Of a DNA stretch of 64,000 nt, positions 14,465 through 28,129 are shown one piece after another. Source of the stretch: Rhina ancylostomus (Eukaryota); NCBI GenBank assembly GCA_030265395.1, contig JARFYF010000094.1, positions 22,622,079-22,686,078 on the forward strand. Reading direction: 5' to 3'. Made by a program: the position numbers and the translations under genes. The notes below the pieces were generated by a model. It saw nothing but the letters and a program-made list of their open reading frames with translations, was not told the DNA's origin and searched no databases. Numbering within the stretch: the first letter of the stretch is position 1; each line of letters starts with the position of its first letter.

Positions 14465-14560
14465 ATTTTTATTCATTTATGAGGTGTGAGCATATTGGCA
14501 AGGTTAGCAATTATTCCCTACTCCTATTGCCACAAAGAGGGTGATGCTTTGAACAGTTGT
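14465..14560 (-). mobile_element. LINE 3' tail of the 26230/38470 family
   Basis: Reverse complement resembles 28560-28640 (...catcccataaatgaatataaa). Confidence 0.45.
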
Positions 14561-15718
14561 GGTCAAATATAGTACTATTCAACCCATAATTACTGCAACT
14601 CCACATCCTTCCATGTATTTCAAAGCCCAATCCCTAGAAAACTACCAGCACTATAAAATCTGTGTCTTAGTGCATGTTATCACAAATCAGTTGATGGGAA
14701 ATATAAGTTTAATTGACAAAGTCCCTTGGGCTTAAATGCATTAAAAAAATTCTGGCATGGAGTTGATACCAAGGGATGATTTTCCCTCTTCACTACACAT
14801 GGGCATCTTCCCTTCTTGAGTGCAAAGCAGTAAAAGGAGGATGCTAATTAGTGATAGCTTGCTCTGGCCCACACTGATTTCCTAAAGCAAGATATTTTGT
14901 TGTGAACAGTGAAGGAATGGCTTTTATTCTTCATCTTGCAAACAGCTGTCCACAGACATTTAGTGGGCTAGTCCATCAGATATCTAGTTTCCTGTTATCT
15001 GAGTACAGCAACTTTTCCAGAAGATCTGTGACATCTGTGAGCTGAAAAGCCAGACTGAAGAAGCCTTATATTTTAGCAAAAAAAAGAACTAGTACAAAAA
15101 CTTATGTGGCACAGGAAGCAAAACAAGACTGGATTAAAAAAGACAGAGAAGCAAAACACACAAGCTTTATAATGTTTTTAAAAAAATCAACAATACTTCC
15201 TCAGGGGAAAAAAACTCTATGCTTGTAAAATGAATTATTCAGAGCCAGAGGTTACTCAGCAATAACTGATTTACTAGACTTAAAACTCACTGATTGCTAA
15301 TTGAATAAGATAAGATATCCTTATTAGTCACATGTACATTGAAATATACAGTGAGTCATTGACCTTCGTTGCAATAACAGGTGATAATTACCTTATGTTC
15401 ATCATAACAGAGTAATCTGCAATAATACAGCCTGTGGACGGACACATTCATTACTAACAGTAGCTTTCAGATTTCCATTTTCACGTGTGTGGATACCAGA
15501 CATTGCTGTAAGTTTTACCCAACAAAAGAGCAAATGTTAGCAGTTATTAATTCAGGGAAGTTTAGGTCATTCTAACTGAGGTCAAAGTAAAGTGGAGAAT
15601 ATTCAGAACAAAGCACTGCTGACCTTTATTCTGAACAATACAAAGCAAATTTGGATATACTATTCTAGATTAATCAAGACACTTGGAATTAACATGATGG
15701 ATTTTCTTCTGATTTCAG

Positions 15719-15816
15719 GAACTATTGTAATATTGACATACATCCTCAGTATCGTAACCTCTTTCAGCTTGAAGCTGTCAAACTCTTCCTCACCGGGAAA
15801 GAGCCACTTCTACAAT
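15719..15816 (+). CDS. CACNA2D3: CACNA2D3 coding exon (about exon 23), 98 nt, phase 2-1
   Basis: tttcag|G AAC...CAA T|gtaagt; (W)NYCNIDIHPQYRNLFQLEAVKLFLTGKEPLLQ(C). Confidence 0.96.
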
Positions 15817-15917
15817 GTAAGTGAAACTTTGTAATGCCTTACAATTTTACTCTAGTACGGTGCATGACTATAAAGTGAAAAAGACAAAAAAGAAATGCTT
15901 TAATTTTGCATCCGTAG

Positions 15918-16011
15918 GTGACAAAGAATTAATCCAGGAAGTACTTTTTGATGCTGTAGTGACAGCACCCCTGGAAGCTTACTGGACCAGCTTGGCTCTG
16001 AACAGATCTGA
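15918..16011 (+). CDS. CACNA2D3: CACNA2D3 coding exon (about exon 24), 94 nt, phase 1-2
   Basis: ccgtag|GT GAC...TCT GA|gtaagt; (C)[30 protein letters not shown](E); preceded by a 101-nt intron. Confidence 0.97.
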
Positions 16012-17434
16012 GTAAGTGTTTAACTAATGGGATTAGAATAGGTAGGACTTGATGGCTGTCATGGACATGATGGGCCAAAGGTCTTGTTTCTGTGCTCTAT
16101 CACTCTGTCCTTTTTGCACAGAAAAGAATAATCAGAATAAGAACATTAAGTTGTTCAATTATTGTATTAGCTATTATTTCAGATTTATCCTACCTTCATC
16201 TCTATTATCATTGTCTTTTATTCCATGCCTCTAGTCTGGTGAGCACACAGTTGATGCTTTATTCATTTCTGATGATATTTCTAGTCCACAGACCAAATGG
16301 TTGATTACTCCACCATGAACAGATCGGGAATGACACAACTTGTCCTGTACTGTTAGGTGGATAGTCCTAAATTATTGTGATAAATATACACATGAAAGAT
16401 TAAAATATTCTGGTCTCTAAACTTAAAATTTTAAAAAAACCTGAAAGTGTGAATTTAAAAAATGACTTCTATTAATCAACATTTCTTAATTTCCAACAAG
16501 GCTAGTGCTGTGAAATTGGATTGAACTCATTTTGGATGCACTAAATATGCGCTAAAGGAATGCCAAATGTTGTCTACAAAAAAAACCCCTAGAGAATTAG
16601 GGTATTCTTACTTTATGTAAATGTTTGTGTGATTTACATGCTTTAAGAGATGTTAAATCCCAGCCTGAGCATTTAGGCTAGCAGCAGTAATATAATTTAT
16701 GCACTGACCCATTGGCGTTAAATTAGTTCACTAAAGAGATGTCTCCATTGGCAGTCTTAGGGGGTAGGAATTGGGTAGAGAGGAGGAAATAGAGTGGGAG
16801 AGGGGGTAATCAAGGGGATGGGAAATCATAAGGGGAGTATCAGGATGGGTGAAAGTTTTAACAGTGCGTGGAGCCCCTGGGCTATGGAGCTATGGGATAA
16901 GCAGTCATATTGGGCCAGGGCTTGCAGGGGTGGGGCAGCGGTGGGTTAATGGCAAGTGCCTCCATTAAGTTGGGCGGGCCAGAGCTGCAAATGAATCTGT
17001 GTGCCACAGGTGGAAGATGTTCTTATTATAATAACATTCAGAAGAAATAATCAGTGATTTATTAACAATAAAAGCAGTTTCCCTTTAAAATGCACAGGAT
17101 TCACACCTTTCACCATTACGATTTGTTCTAATTACTCAGGTCATAAATTACAGACTTCTGATTCAATTTTTTCCATTAAGTAACTAAAACAATTTGCACA
17201 CATCGATGATGCCATTACATGTGCAAAATATCATGGGGAAATAACATTGGTATTAGGGTGAATTCCTGACGACTGGGATTTTAGCAGCAAACTATACGAA
17301 ACACACCCAAAATCACATCTTATGTGAGATTAACATTTTAAAAATGGGCACAAATAGATTTTCTTTAAATCAATTTCTGGGTTTAGAATTCAACATCCAG
17401 TTTTGTTAGGAGTCTACAACCTTTCTGATATTGG

Positions 17435-17660
17435 AGACTCAAGAGACTACAAATGCTGGAATCTGGAGCAACAAACAATCTACTGGAGGAACTCAGCAGG
17501 TCAAGCAGCAACTATGGAGGGGAATTATCAACCCTCTGTGTTGAGACCCTGCATACTCGACTCAAAAGAGTCAGCAATTCCTTTCCCTGCATGGATGCTG
17601 CTTGACTTGCAAAATTCCTCTAGCAGATTGTTTGTTACTATCTTTCTGGTATTTCTGGAT
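17435..17660. mobile_element. Fold-back (inverted) Penelope-type terminal repeat
   Basis: About 60-bp arms: aacaaacaatctactggaggaactcagcaggtcaagcagca vs tgctgcttgacttgcaaaattcctctagcagattgtttgtt. Confidence 0.75.
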
Positions 17661-18312
17661 AGCATGTAGCAAAACACAAAGTGTAAGGGGATTCTTTATT
17701 AACAAATGTTATTGTTATATCATTTCCCATCTACAGAAAGATCTCTCAAAGCATCTTCTTTGGTTAAATGAAGTGAACAATGAACAGCAGGAAAAAATAG
17801 TCCCTATAATAGTCAGCTAACCTTCGTGTAAAAATGCTGTTACATAAAGCCAAGATTGCTATTTAAGTACATGCTTTTTGCACAGAATCCCACATTCTAT
17901 GGTCCCCAGAGATACTTTAATAATTATTCTGGCATTTATAATTATTCCCATATCAAAATATAATAAGTGCATATTCAGGGGGTTAACATTTGTTCTTGGC
18001 CCCATGCGCTAAACATGTGACACAGCAACATAAGTATGCTGAACTCCATTTCTAGAATTTGGTTCAGGACTTTATACTTTTTAGTTTACCTTCTTTCCTT
18101 TTTCCTTTATGTCTGTGTTTTTGTTTCATGCTTCATCGTCTTTAATTTGAGTTTTTTCTTCTGTAATACTGCCAGCCTACCTATTCAGTACCTAAAAAGT
18201 GACAAAGTAACATTGTAGTTTTCCATACTTGCAGCTGAGGTATGGATTCCATTTTGGGTGTGTTGATTGTTCTGTTCTATGTATGCATATTGTGTTGAAA
18301 ATTTTCTTCCAG

Positions 18313-18408
18313 AAATGCTGACAAAGGAGTTGAAATTTCTTTCTTGGGAACTCGTACAGGCCTAAGTCGTGTCAATCTGTTTGTTGGACCAGAACAACGC
18401 ACTGATCA
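18313..18408 (+). CDS. CACNA2D3: CACNA2D3 coding exon (about exon 25), 96 nt, phase 2-2
   Basis: ttccag|A AAT...GAT CA|gtaagc; (E)NADKGVEISFLGTRTGLSRVNLFVGPEQRTD(Q). Confidence 0.96.
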
Positions 18409-19485
18409 GTAAGCCTCATTGTCAATTAATACAGTATATTTAACAAGGAAAACATGTACCAGTTATTTATACTATTTCTTATAAAGAATTAACCATAAAG
18501 CTCTGTAGTTTTTATAAAGCAAAGTAACTGATGATTTAATTTAAAAAGATCTATTGTTCAGTGGAAGTTTTATAACATACTCACAGTGATAATTGTGGTA
18601 TCTTTATCCAGTGAAGGAACTTGCTTGTTTAAAAGCTCATAATTATAACCATGAATGAAATGAAAAATACTTACAGATGATTTCAGGATTAATTTCCAGG
18701 TTTTTATAACCATGAAAACATGGAAACTAATTCTGAAATCATCTGTAAATATTTTTCATTGCAGTTTAATTGTACTTATCTTTGCTGGCTTTTCTCCAAA
18801 TGTTATCATTTAAATATGCCAGCTTTCATCATGAAACTAAATGATTCAATCAGTAATAATGAAATGGTTCTGAAAATACGCCTGATTATCACAGGTACGG
18901 GTTATTAAATACTTTATGAAAATAAAAATACAAATAAAAACCTGGTACATAATGGAGTTAGACACCTTGCAGTGAGTGGTCTGAGTTTTTCCTCTCCTTT
19001 TATCTCCAATTACTCTTGTACCACAAACTGTTGGAGATGTAAATTATTAACTCCCCAGCTCATAATTTGAAAAATAAATCACATGTCCAAAGCAAACCCC
19101 CACAAAGAATCTTGAAGTCAAATACTTCTCAACTATCAATCTGACATTACTTTTGCCCCAGCTTGCCAAGTCAGCACCCCGAATCAGTAAGCAAGACTGC
19201 TCCTTCTTTAAAGTGATAGGATATTTAGCCTGAAACCTCAAATATAATGCAAGTTTTGGGTGGATAAAGGCAAATGGAATTGCACTGGGGGAATGAAGGT
19301 GTGAGCCAGATTAAAGTGGCAGTTTAATAATCTTGAATGCTGAGAATAACAAGCAAGGCAGGAGCAATTGCCCTGCTGTCTACAAACTGACATCCTAAAC
19401 ATAACAAAGAAAATATTTAAAGCAAATTTTTAAAAGATTTTTGATGTTTTTAAAAGCACTTCAAATGTGAGAGGGGTACATTTAA

Positions 19486-19615
19486 AGTCCTGACACAGGG
19501 TCCAGACCCAAAATGTCGACTATCCCTTTGCTTCTAGAGATGCTGCCTTACCACTGAGTTACTCCAGCAGCTGCTTTTTGCTCTAAATCCCAGCACCTGC
19601 AGTCTTTTGTGTCTC
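19486..19615 (+). mobile_element. Penelope-type terminal repeat beginning with a hammerhead motif
   Basis: AGTC-CTGACAC-A-GGGTC CA GACCC-AAAAT-GTC-GACT, then gatgctgcc..ctgagttactccagca. Confidence 0.7.
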
Positions 19616-19654
19616 CAAAGTTCGAAGGAGATTTGTAAGACAAGTTTTGTTTTG

Positions 19655-19882
19655 CATAGAGAGTGGTAGATGCCTGGAATGCATGGCAGGGGAGGTGGTA
19701 GAAGCAGATATGATAGCAATGTTTAAGAAGCATTTAGACAAACACATGAACAGGCAGGGAAAAGAGGGGAGTGGACCACGTGCAGGCAGGTGGGACTGCC
19801 TTAGACTGGCATCATGGTCAGCGCAGACATGATCGGCCGAAGAGCCTGTTTCTTGTGCTGCACTGTTGTATGTTCTGTATTC
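19655..19882 (+). mobile_element. CR1-like LINE 3' end
   Basis: ORF2 C-terminus (VVEADMIAMFKKHLDKHMN) plus tail ggccgaagagcctgtttc...tatgttctgtattcta. Confidence 0.8.
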
Positions 19883-21971
19883 TAGATGCTAGGATGTTGG
19901 ATTCTGTAGGATTGAGGCAAATTTTGTGTAGGGTAACATACAAATAAGTTTGATGTGCAGTCTGCTCCAGTATTTCTGTTGATGAAGCTGTTGTGAACAA
20001 TGCCACGTGGAGCCAGTGCTAACACTCCATATTCTCTTTTTACTGCTCTTTCCCTGTTCCACATTCAAACACTCCAAAGGGTAATTCAGCTATGATTTAA
20101 GGTGCAGGGTAGATCAGTAATTGATCCCACATTTACCACACTGCCGTTGTACACCTGAGCTTGAACTCCAGTGGATCATGGACAGTGGCAACCTTGCAGA
20201 TTGCAAAGGATTGCAATGGAGATATAATGATTCAATCCTAAATGAATCCTACCTAAAGTACCTTAGAGGAAACATCCAGCACATTAATATGTACTGTAGC
20301 TTTCAAGAACTGCAGGTACATTCTTACACCAAATCACAGAACAGATTACTTTGGAACACTTCTTATGTTTCGTAATTTATGTTGTATTTTGACAGGAACA
20401 AACTGAAATGCCTAACTGCTTTAAATGCTTCCTCCTAGGAAAGTGCAGCAGGGTTGGCAGTCCTAATTGGCAGTTCTAAAATTATTTTTTTAGAATGTTT
20501 GTTCTAATCCATATTGCCACTTACCAAAAGCTACCAATTATCATAACCCATTCTACTTAAAATTAGCAGTGAGATCAAGTTTGCTGAATAATTGTCATTA
20601 CGACCATAACAGAAACTAGACTGTGAAATATTGCTGGTGAAGTGCTTAGGATCATTAAAGTACTCCATCACTGAGGCTGCTAGAGGTTGAAATTAACAGC
20701 AAGACATGTTCAGATTTTCCTTTCAATTGATATTTCTTATGAATTTTTATTGACCTTGTGCACATGGCAAGATTTGTAACTGGTAATAAAATATGCATAC
20801 ACAGCACTAAGCTTTTTTTCTGGGTATGCTAATTATTTGTTCAGTAAGTTATGACACAAAATCACATTTAGAGTTTGGGGACTACAATAGTCCAATGGTA
20901 GCATTCCTGCAAAATTCCAGCTCATTGAAATATAAACAGAGCAATTTTAACTTCATGAGACCTAGGATTTGGATCAGTACAGTTGCTTCCTTTTCATTCA
21001 TTTGCTGTGTATAGAGTTATTACTTACTCTCAGTCAGTGTGAAATTGTCCCATATAATTCCAAATCCAGTAACACCTGCGGCCTGATTAATTGAATTTCC
21101 AAAAGCAAGGTATGCACAAAGCTGATGGCTGTTAACCCTAATTAAGTTAACAAGATCCCCAATTAAGTTGATGGGCAGTTATGGAAAATATTTGTATTGT
21201 ACTTCAAAAAAGGAAGTGTTTGCCACCTGGAAATTGATTTTTTAGAGCAGAGGAGCAAGTACAAGGATGGTTTAAAAGTTTGCATTAGGAGCTCTCCAGC
21301 GTTCTCTTTTTTTGAGTGCAGGCATAGTAGTACAATATCTTTTGATCTACTCTGTCCCTATTCACTTTATCCAGACACAAGATAAATTTCGATTTCTATA
21401 TAAATGTTGGTATATTAGTCAGACCACATATGTCTCAGCTCTTTATAATTGCAGTGAGTTTATTGTACTTTAAAATTTAACACATGAATCGTGCCCTTTT
21501 AATCTAATTTTATAATGCATTTTCACATCGAAGAACTTCAAAGGACATCAAAAGAATTCAGACTGCAAATGGAATGATTAAAGTTAATGTGCAAAATACA
21601 GCTCTTAAAAATCAATGTGTTTAAACAATTGAGTAAAATAGTCCATTAGAACTGTCTTTTTATTCTTATGATTGTGATTCCGATCTAGCTTAAACTGGTG
21701 ACATTCAACTTTCTGTCTACAAGTGATAAAATGAAATAAATTTTTGCAGTATCATTTATTTCCCTTTAACTGAATGTTGACTGCACAAAATTATTCACAA
21801 CTCAGCATGAAGTCTTGTTCAGAAAATCCACAAAGAGGGTGAATGTGGTAAAAGGAAAGGGGCAAGGAACAGTTTGGCAAGGACTAGTGTTCCAATGGCT
21901 GCTTTAAGACACATTATCTAACCCAATGGACAGAGCATTACCTTGAACCCAGCCAGCATCCAGCTTGTTAA

Positions 21972-22057
21972 CAACAGAAAATGTTGGAAACACTCAGCAG
22001 AAAGAAATGGAGGGTTAATGGTGGATGCCTCACCTGATGAGTGTTTCCAGCATTGTC
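21972..22057. repeat. Mini fold-back derived from the same terminal repeat
   Basis: aatgttggaaacactcagcag vs ctgatgagtgtttccagcatt (21-bp arms, 2 mismatches). Confidence 0.7.
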
Positions 22058-22239
22058 TGGTGAGAGTTGCATCTTGTGTTGCAATTTGTCGTTCATCATG
22101 CAACTTACAGTGAAATTCAACTTATGTTGAAGGGTTGATGGAGCAACAATGTAAGAAGTTCAATTCCCAGCACAGACATCACTCTCAATAATGAACACTA
22201 AACAGCATTATTTAGTGTATATCTATAGAAATTTGTAAG

Positions 22240-22712
22240 ACTCTTACTGATGTAGGTGGAGAGCATTCTGACTGGTTGTATCACAGCCTGGTATGGAGCT
22301 TCCAATGCACAGGATTGCAAGAGGCTTCAGAAGGTTGTAGACCTTCACAGGAACTCCAACTCCATCACAGGAACAACCCTCCCCATGATCGAGGACATCT
22401 TCGAGAAGTGGCACCTCAAGTAGGTGGCATCCCTCACGATCCGGGACATGCCCTCTTCTCATTACTACCATCAGGAGGATGTACAGGTGCCTGAAGACCC
22501 ACACTCAATTATTCAGGAACAGCTTCTTCCCCTCCGCTATCAGATTTCTAAATAGTCCATAAACCTATGAACACTACTTCGTTATTCCTTTTCTTTTGCA
22601 CCATTTATTTATTTTTGTAATTTCTAGTAATTTTATGCCTATGCACAGTACTGCTGCTGCAAAACAACACATTTCACATCATAAAAGTCAGTAATAATAA
22701 ATTTGATTCTGA
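22240..22712 (+). mobile_element. Rex1/Babar LINE 3' end
   Basis: ESILTGCITAWYG..AQDCKRLQKVV C-terminus; tail aataataaatttgattctgat. Confidence 0.8.
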
Positions 22713-23877
22713 TATTGGAAACCACATAAGGAAACACATGAAAAACTGAGTTCCTGTAAACTTTATCTTTTAATTGGCATTTAATCTGTGGGAAAACTCA
22801 TACTTCAATGGACCCAGTATCTGTTGAAATTCACAATACATATTCAGTGCAATTATTGTTTACATTCATGTGCTAAGACAGGTCATTTCAAGATTTGTAA
22901 CTGATTAAGTTAGGAAATGAATGATAGACATACAGTGGCACATTCATTCCTTGTGCTTCAAAGGTTAAGCTTGAGGGTCATCTGAAACCAGGTTTTAACC
23001 AAACTGTTGTTGAAGAGGTTTTGAGTTACAAGACCACTGTGTCAGCAGTGATCCTGAAGTAAATTATTAAAGGGAAATCAATCAGAAGGGGACATGAGAA
23101 TGGAAGATTGATTTTGATGGGGGTAGGAAGGGATGGATGGTAGCTCAAGTGGACGTTGAAGGGAGGTGATGAAAAGGAGAGGGCTTTCATTGCAGTCAAA
23201 TTTTCATGGGCGTCTTAAACAGTCATTTGGCTCCATATTTGCACAATCAAAGGGAATAACATCCATCTTAAATGTTGGCCCTAGATGCCTTTTTTGACCT
23301 TGATTTACATGGTGGAGAGTATAATTCCAATTCAATTAATGTGCATTGTATCCTGCCACACCGGGTGATTTACTACATAGGCAAATGGTAGTCCTTCCAC
23401 CACTGATGTGGACATTGCAATTAAGGTTCTCTTACTGACAGGAACACTTAATCTGCAATGATATTCTTGTTTATTAATGAGGAGTTGGGGTACTGTTGAG
23501 GGCTGCCCCAATATTAAATTGAAACTCATTCATCTCTCACATGTAAGTAAAATATAATATTCCATAGGTGCAAGAACATTGATGTTGCCCAATGCTGACC
23601 TTTCACTCTGGGAGTAGTGCTTCCTTTGCATGGTTGCCATACAGAGCTCTGACTGTAGAAACATTCAGTGTCATCCCAGGAGCAATGGAGTACTAATGTA
23701 CCCCTGAGTCACCCAGTATCAGTGACATTCAAACCCTCTTCAATAACAATGTGGTGAGTAATCAGTTTTAGATGCTTCTCAATTTTACCCCTTGATTATC
23801 CAGTCTCTTTTTGTGCAGACATTGGCTCCCTAGTTTCCCTGCATAACAATACTTCTGTAATAATAACATTTTTTTAA

Positions 23878-23990
23878 AATGCAGATGCTGGAAATCTGAA
23901 ACAAAACAAGAAAAGAATAATCAGCAGGTGAGGCAGCACCCGTAGAAAGAGTTAACATTTCAGGTCCAGAACCCCTGATCAGAAGTGGGG
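23878..23990 (-). mobile_element. Penelope-type terminal repeat with degenerate hammerhead
   Basis: Minus strand CTGATCA-GGGGTTCTGGACCT-GAAAT-GTT-AACT. Confidence 0.6.
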
Positions 23991-25009
23991 AAGAGACAAA
24001 ACAAGTTAGTGGTCAGTAACACAGAAGATGGGGGCAGGGATGGTTAGAATAAAGGGAACATATCTGATAGGGTGAGACTAAATGAGTAAATGTAACTGTA
24101 GCAGTGGTAGTTAGGATCAGATTATGCTTCTTAATCTGTGTAATATATTGATAATAGCAAGGCTGTAGGACATGCCAAGCAGGCAGGACGAAAGAAAAAC
24201 TGAACCAAGATGATGACACACAGAAATGGCCAGTTCAATATTGGTTCAATGGTATTTACACATTTAATCAAAACCAAGGTCACTGCAATGTTTTGGTGCA
24301 ATTAAAAAGGAGAATACAACTTTAAATCACACCCTCTGTGGATTCTAGATTGACTTTTTGTAAATGAATAAGAAACTGTTTAAAGATTATTAAAAAAATT
24401 AGCAGAGTTGAGGGTAACTCTACTGAATTCTCTTTTGTTTAGTCTCAAACTGACATGTTTAAAATTACCATTAGAAATGAGTTGCCAAGTGACATAGGCT
24501 GACTGTCAGTTGTAGGACCCATTGCTTTGGGAGCTGACATTCTTGCCTCATTGCGTCATTGATAGCAATGACACCTTTGTCTGATAGTGACATGCCTGAA
24601 CAAATTATCATCATCACTAGGACCAGGTGGCGTGAATAAAATTATTGGTACTTAATATTTTTGATGTAGATTTAAAATTACTGTCACACGTGGAGAAATT
24701 TAGTCCTAACATTGAAATTTACAAGTTGAGAGAGACAAGTAGTAATACTAGTGCCTTCTTGACTGACTTTCTTATCTATTCTAAAATTAGAAGGTTTGAG
24801 GTATTACATTAAATAACTCTTAATGTCACATTAGGACCTTTATTCATNNNNNNNNNNNNNNNNNNNNNNNNNNNNNNNNNNNNNNNNNNNNNNNNNNNNN
24901 NNNNNNNNNNNNNNNNNNNNNNNNNNNNNNNNNNNNNNNNNNNNNNNAGTGAATGGTGACAATCCATTTCCCTTCCATTCAAAATGTGCATAGAATGTGT
25001 TAAATTAAT

Positions 25010-25150
25010 CCAGAAGGGATGCGCTGTTCTTAATTATGCAGCCCAACTTCGTCTTGTAGCCTGTAATGGCATGTAAGCCCTGCCATAGCTGACGGCTGGT
25101 CAGGGACTCTATTTTGAGTCGGTATTCCTCTTGGCACCCCTGATAGCTTT
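25010..25150 (-). mobile_element. Rex1/Babar internal fragment
   Basis: EYRLKIESLTSRQLWQGLHAITGYK linker motif. Confidence 0.65.
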
Positions 25151-25964
25151 GTAAGGGTTTTGTAAGGGTTGCTGAAGAAATGGACCATTCTGTGATTGAA
25201 TGTGTGCATTCCAGGCATGCTTTCAATGCTGAAATTTCCATTGAGTTTAATAGTGCACATACAGTTTTTAGTGTGGTATCATTGCTGTATATTCTGAGGT
25301 TGCTTCATCCAGAAGGCTCTTAAGCATAATAAATTCAGGGTTAAAATAACTCAGTATACTAGGTTAACATATAGATTTGCAGACAAGATTACATGTTGTA
25401 GAAATCAAGCCAAAATAAGCCATGCACTGAAGAGTAGAATTTAGCCCACTGTGTGCTATTGTGGTACTGGGAATTCTTACCCTTTTGTACTTATCTCAGT
25501 CCAAGATTAGGAGACACGTCATTCCAGGTCACAAGCCTATGATAAAACTGGATTGGTTCACTTGGTTCAGTTAAAGGTAGGAGAGGGTTTCTTGGCCCAT
25601 AATAATAATAAGAAATTGAAGCTTGCATGATTGCTCCATATTTGAGTTATTTTTTTTCCTTTGAATAAATCACCATTAGCCCACAAATACAAAAAATATT
25701 GAAACAATGACTTTGTGTCAGACATGAAATTTTAGGGTGCTCAAAATGTCAATTAGCCTCTTCCCCCAACCATCATATGTATCAATCAGATGATGTTCCT
25801 TGTAGACTTTAAACTCCACCTTTACTCTAAAAACACTCTCCATTATGTGTGTGGCACTTCTGCCCTATTAAAACAAGTGGATTAGGAACAGATTGAATGG
25901 TTTAAAACAAGAAATCTATGAACTTCTGTGGACCAGCAGAAGCAGCAGAACTCGATTCCTCCAG

Positions 25965-26205
25965 TTGGGAGTTCAGAAGAAGCTTGTCTACCCAAAGAAT
26001 GGTGAAACTATGGTATTTACCATCACAGGAAGTAGTTGACACAAACAGCACAGATATATTTAAGGTGGAAGCTGAAGGGAACGGAGGGTTATGCTGATAG
26101 ATTTAGATGAGAGAAGACAGGAGGAGGATTAAGTGGAACAAAAGTCCACCACAGATGAGTCCGAAGGCCTTTTTCTGTGCTGTATATACCATGTAATCTT
26201 ATGTA
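25965..26205 (+). mobile_element. CR1-like 3' end
   Basis: agaatggtgaaactatgg...ccgaaggcctttttctgtgctgtata. Confidence 0.65.
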
Positions 26206-26914
26206 ATCCATAACACAAAGGCCCAACATATAATTTACACTGCCATACCCATCAAGCTAGGGATGCAACACAGGATCACATGTGAGCAAGATCAGTTGGC
26301 AAAGGTAGAGCTTAGTGATGCCACACTGATGGATATGATGGATCAAAGGTCTGCAGTATTGCTATATCTCGTCATGAATAGTGGTAGACAATGAAGTAGC
26401 TTGCAAGAAGAGGACACCATAATAATGTTCTGATCCTCAGTGACAAAACCTAATTCACAAGTGCCAAAGATGAGGCTGAAGCTTTGTAATTATGTTCAGC
26501 CAGAAATGCTTACTCTGAGGCCCCGGCATCATTGAAGCCTGTCTTGAACTAATTTGATTCATCCCACATGATATTAAGAAACAGCTGAGAGCAATGGATA
26601 TAGCAAAGGGTACAGTACCAGATAACATCTAGCTTAAAACTAGTTCCAAAACCAGTTATATCTCTAGATGTGTGCGCCTCAGTAGGTTCCTGATCTTCAG
26701 TGCAGTGGCATGCAGCATGTAGAGAGTAAAATACACAAGAAACACAGATCTAGCAGCTAGAAATTGTGTCTGGTGTGCGTACAACAGTACTTACATTATC
26801 AAATACTCATGCAGTCTCATCACATTTATTTATACACCCTACAGATACACCTGCAACAATACCATCAACCTGACAATATGAAAAATTATTCAGTTATGTC
26901 CTGCCTACAGAAAG

Positions 26915-27672
26915 TGATGTGTTTTGGGAGGTCAGTTAAGAGTAGGACATACACAATGAAGGTTAGGACCCAAAGGAATAATGAGGACTAGTAACACCTT
27001 GATGTACAAATCCAAAGATCACCAAAGGTGGCAGCACAGGTGGAGAGAATGGTAAAGAAGGCACATGAGATGCTAGCCTTCATTAGCCAGGACATTGAAT
27101 ATAAGAGCAAGGAAGTTATGGTACAGCTTTGTAAAACATCGGTGAGGCCACATCTGGAATATTGTGTGCTTTTTGATCCCCACAGTATAGATACAATGTG
27201 ATTGCTCTGGAGAAGTTACAGAGGTGGTTCATCAGGATGTTGCCTGGTATGGAATGCCTCTTTTATGAGGAGACACTAGATAGGCTGGCTTTGTTTTGCT
27301 TGAAGTGGAGGAGGTGTCTGAGTGGTGACCTGTTTGTGGAATACAAAATTGAAGGGCATAGATAATAAATATTTCACTGTAGCAGATGTATTTATGACCA
27401 GAGGGAATAGGTTTAAGCTAAGGTTTAGAGGGGAAATAAGGAAGAATTTTTTTATCCAGACAGCAGTTGGAATTTGGAATGTGCAGCCTGAGAAGGTGGT
27501 GGAGGAAGAGACTCTCACAGCATTTAAGAGGTACCTAGATAAGCATTTGAATCACCAGAGCACAGCAGACAACAGACCAAGTGCTGGTAAATGGGATTTA
27601 CATTGATGGGTACTTGATGGGTACAGTGTGTGCTGAAGTGTCTGTTTCTGTGCTGTATGATTCTATGACTCT
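26915..27672 (+). mobile_element. CR1 LINE 3' ~760 bp
   Basis: VRPHLEYCV-like RT C-terminus, FKRYLDKHLN, tail ctgtatgattctatgactcta. Confidence 0.85.
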
Positions 27673-28129
27673 ATATATCCAGTTTGGCTACTTCATTAAT
27701 CTGTAGGCCATCATCTACAAAATCCTAGAAGGTGTTGCTGACAATGCTGTCAACTGGCACCTATTCTCCAATAATCTCACCAACACCCAGTTGTGTTTCA
27801 CCTCTGTGCTCCAGAACCACATTACAGCTTTTGTTCAAATATAGACCCAAGGATTAAATTTCAGGTGTGAAATGACAATGACTGTGTCTGACATGAAATT
27901 AGTGTTTGACTGAATATGGCATCAAGGAGCCCTGGTGTCATAAACGTCAATGGGAATCAAGGGGAAAAGTCTCCACTGACTGGAGCTGTAACTTGCGCAA
28001 AGGAAGAGAGTTGTGGTTGTTCAATCATCCCATCCCCAGTACATCTGTGCAGGAGTTCATCAAGGCATCTTCCTAGGCCCAGTTATCTTCAGCTTACTTA
28101 TCAATGATTATTCTTCCAGCATAACTGCG

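Noticed and set aside
16760-16980. G-rich tract with possible G-quadruplex
   Set aside because: G-runs have long irregular loops, and such tracts are common in old repeats.
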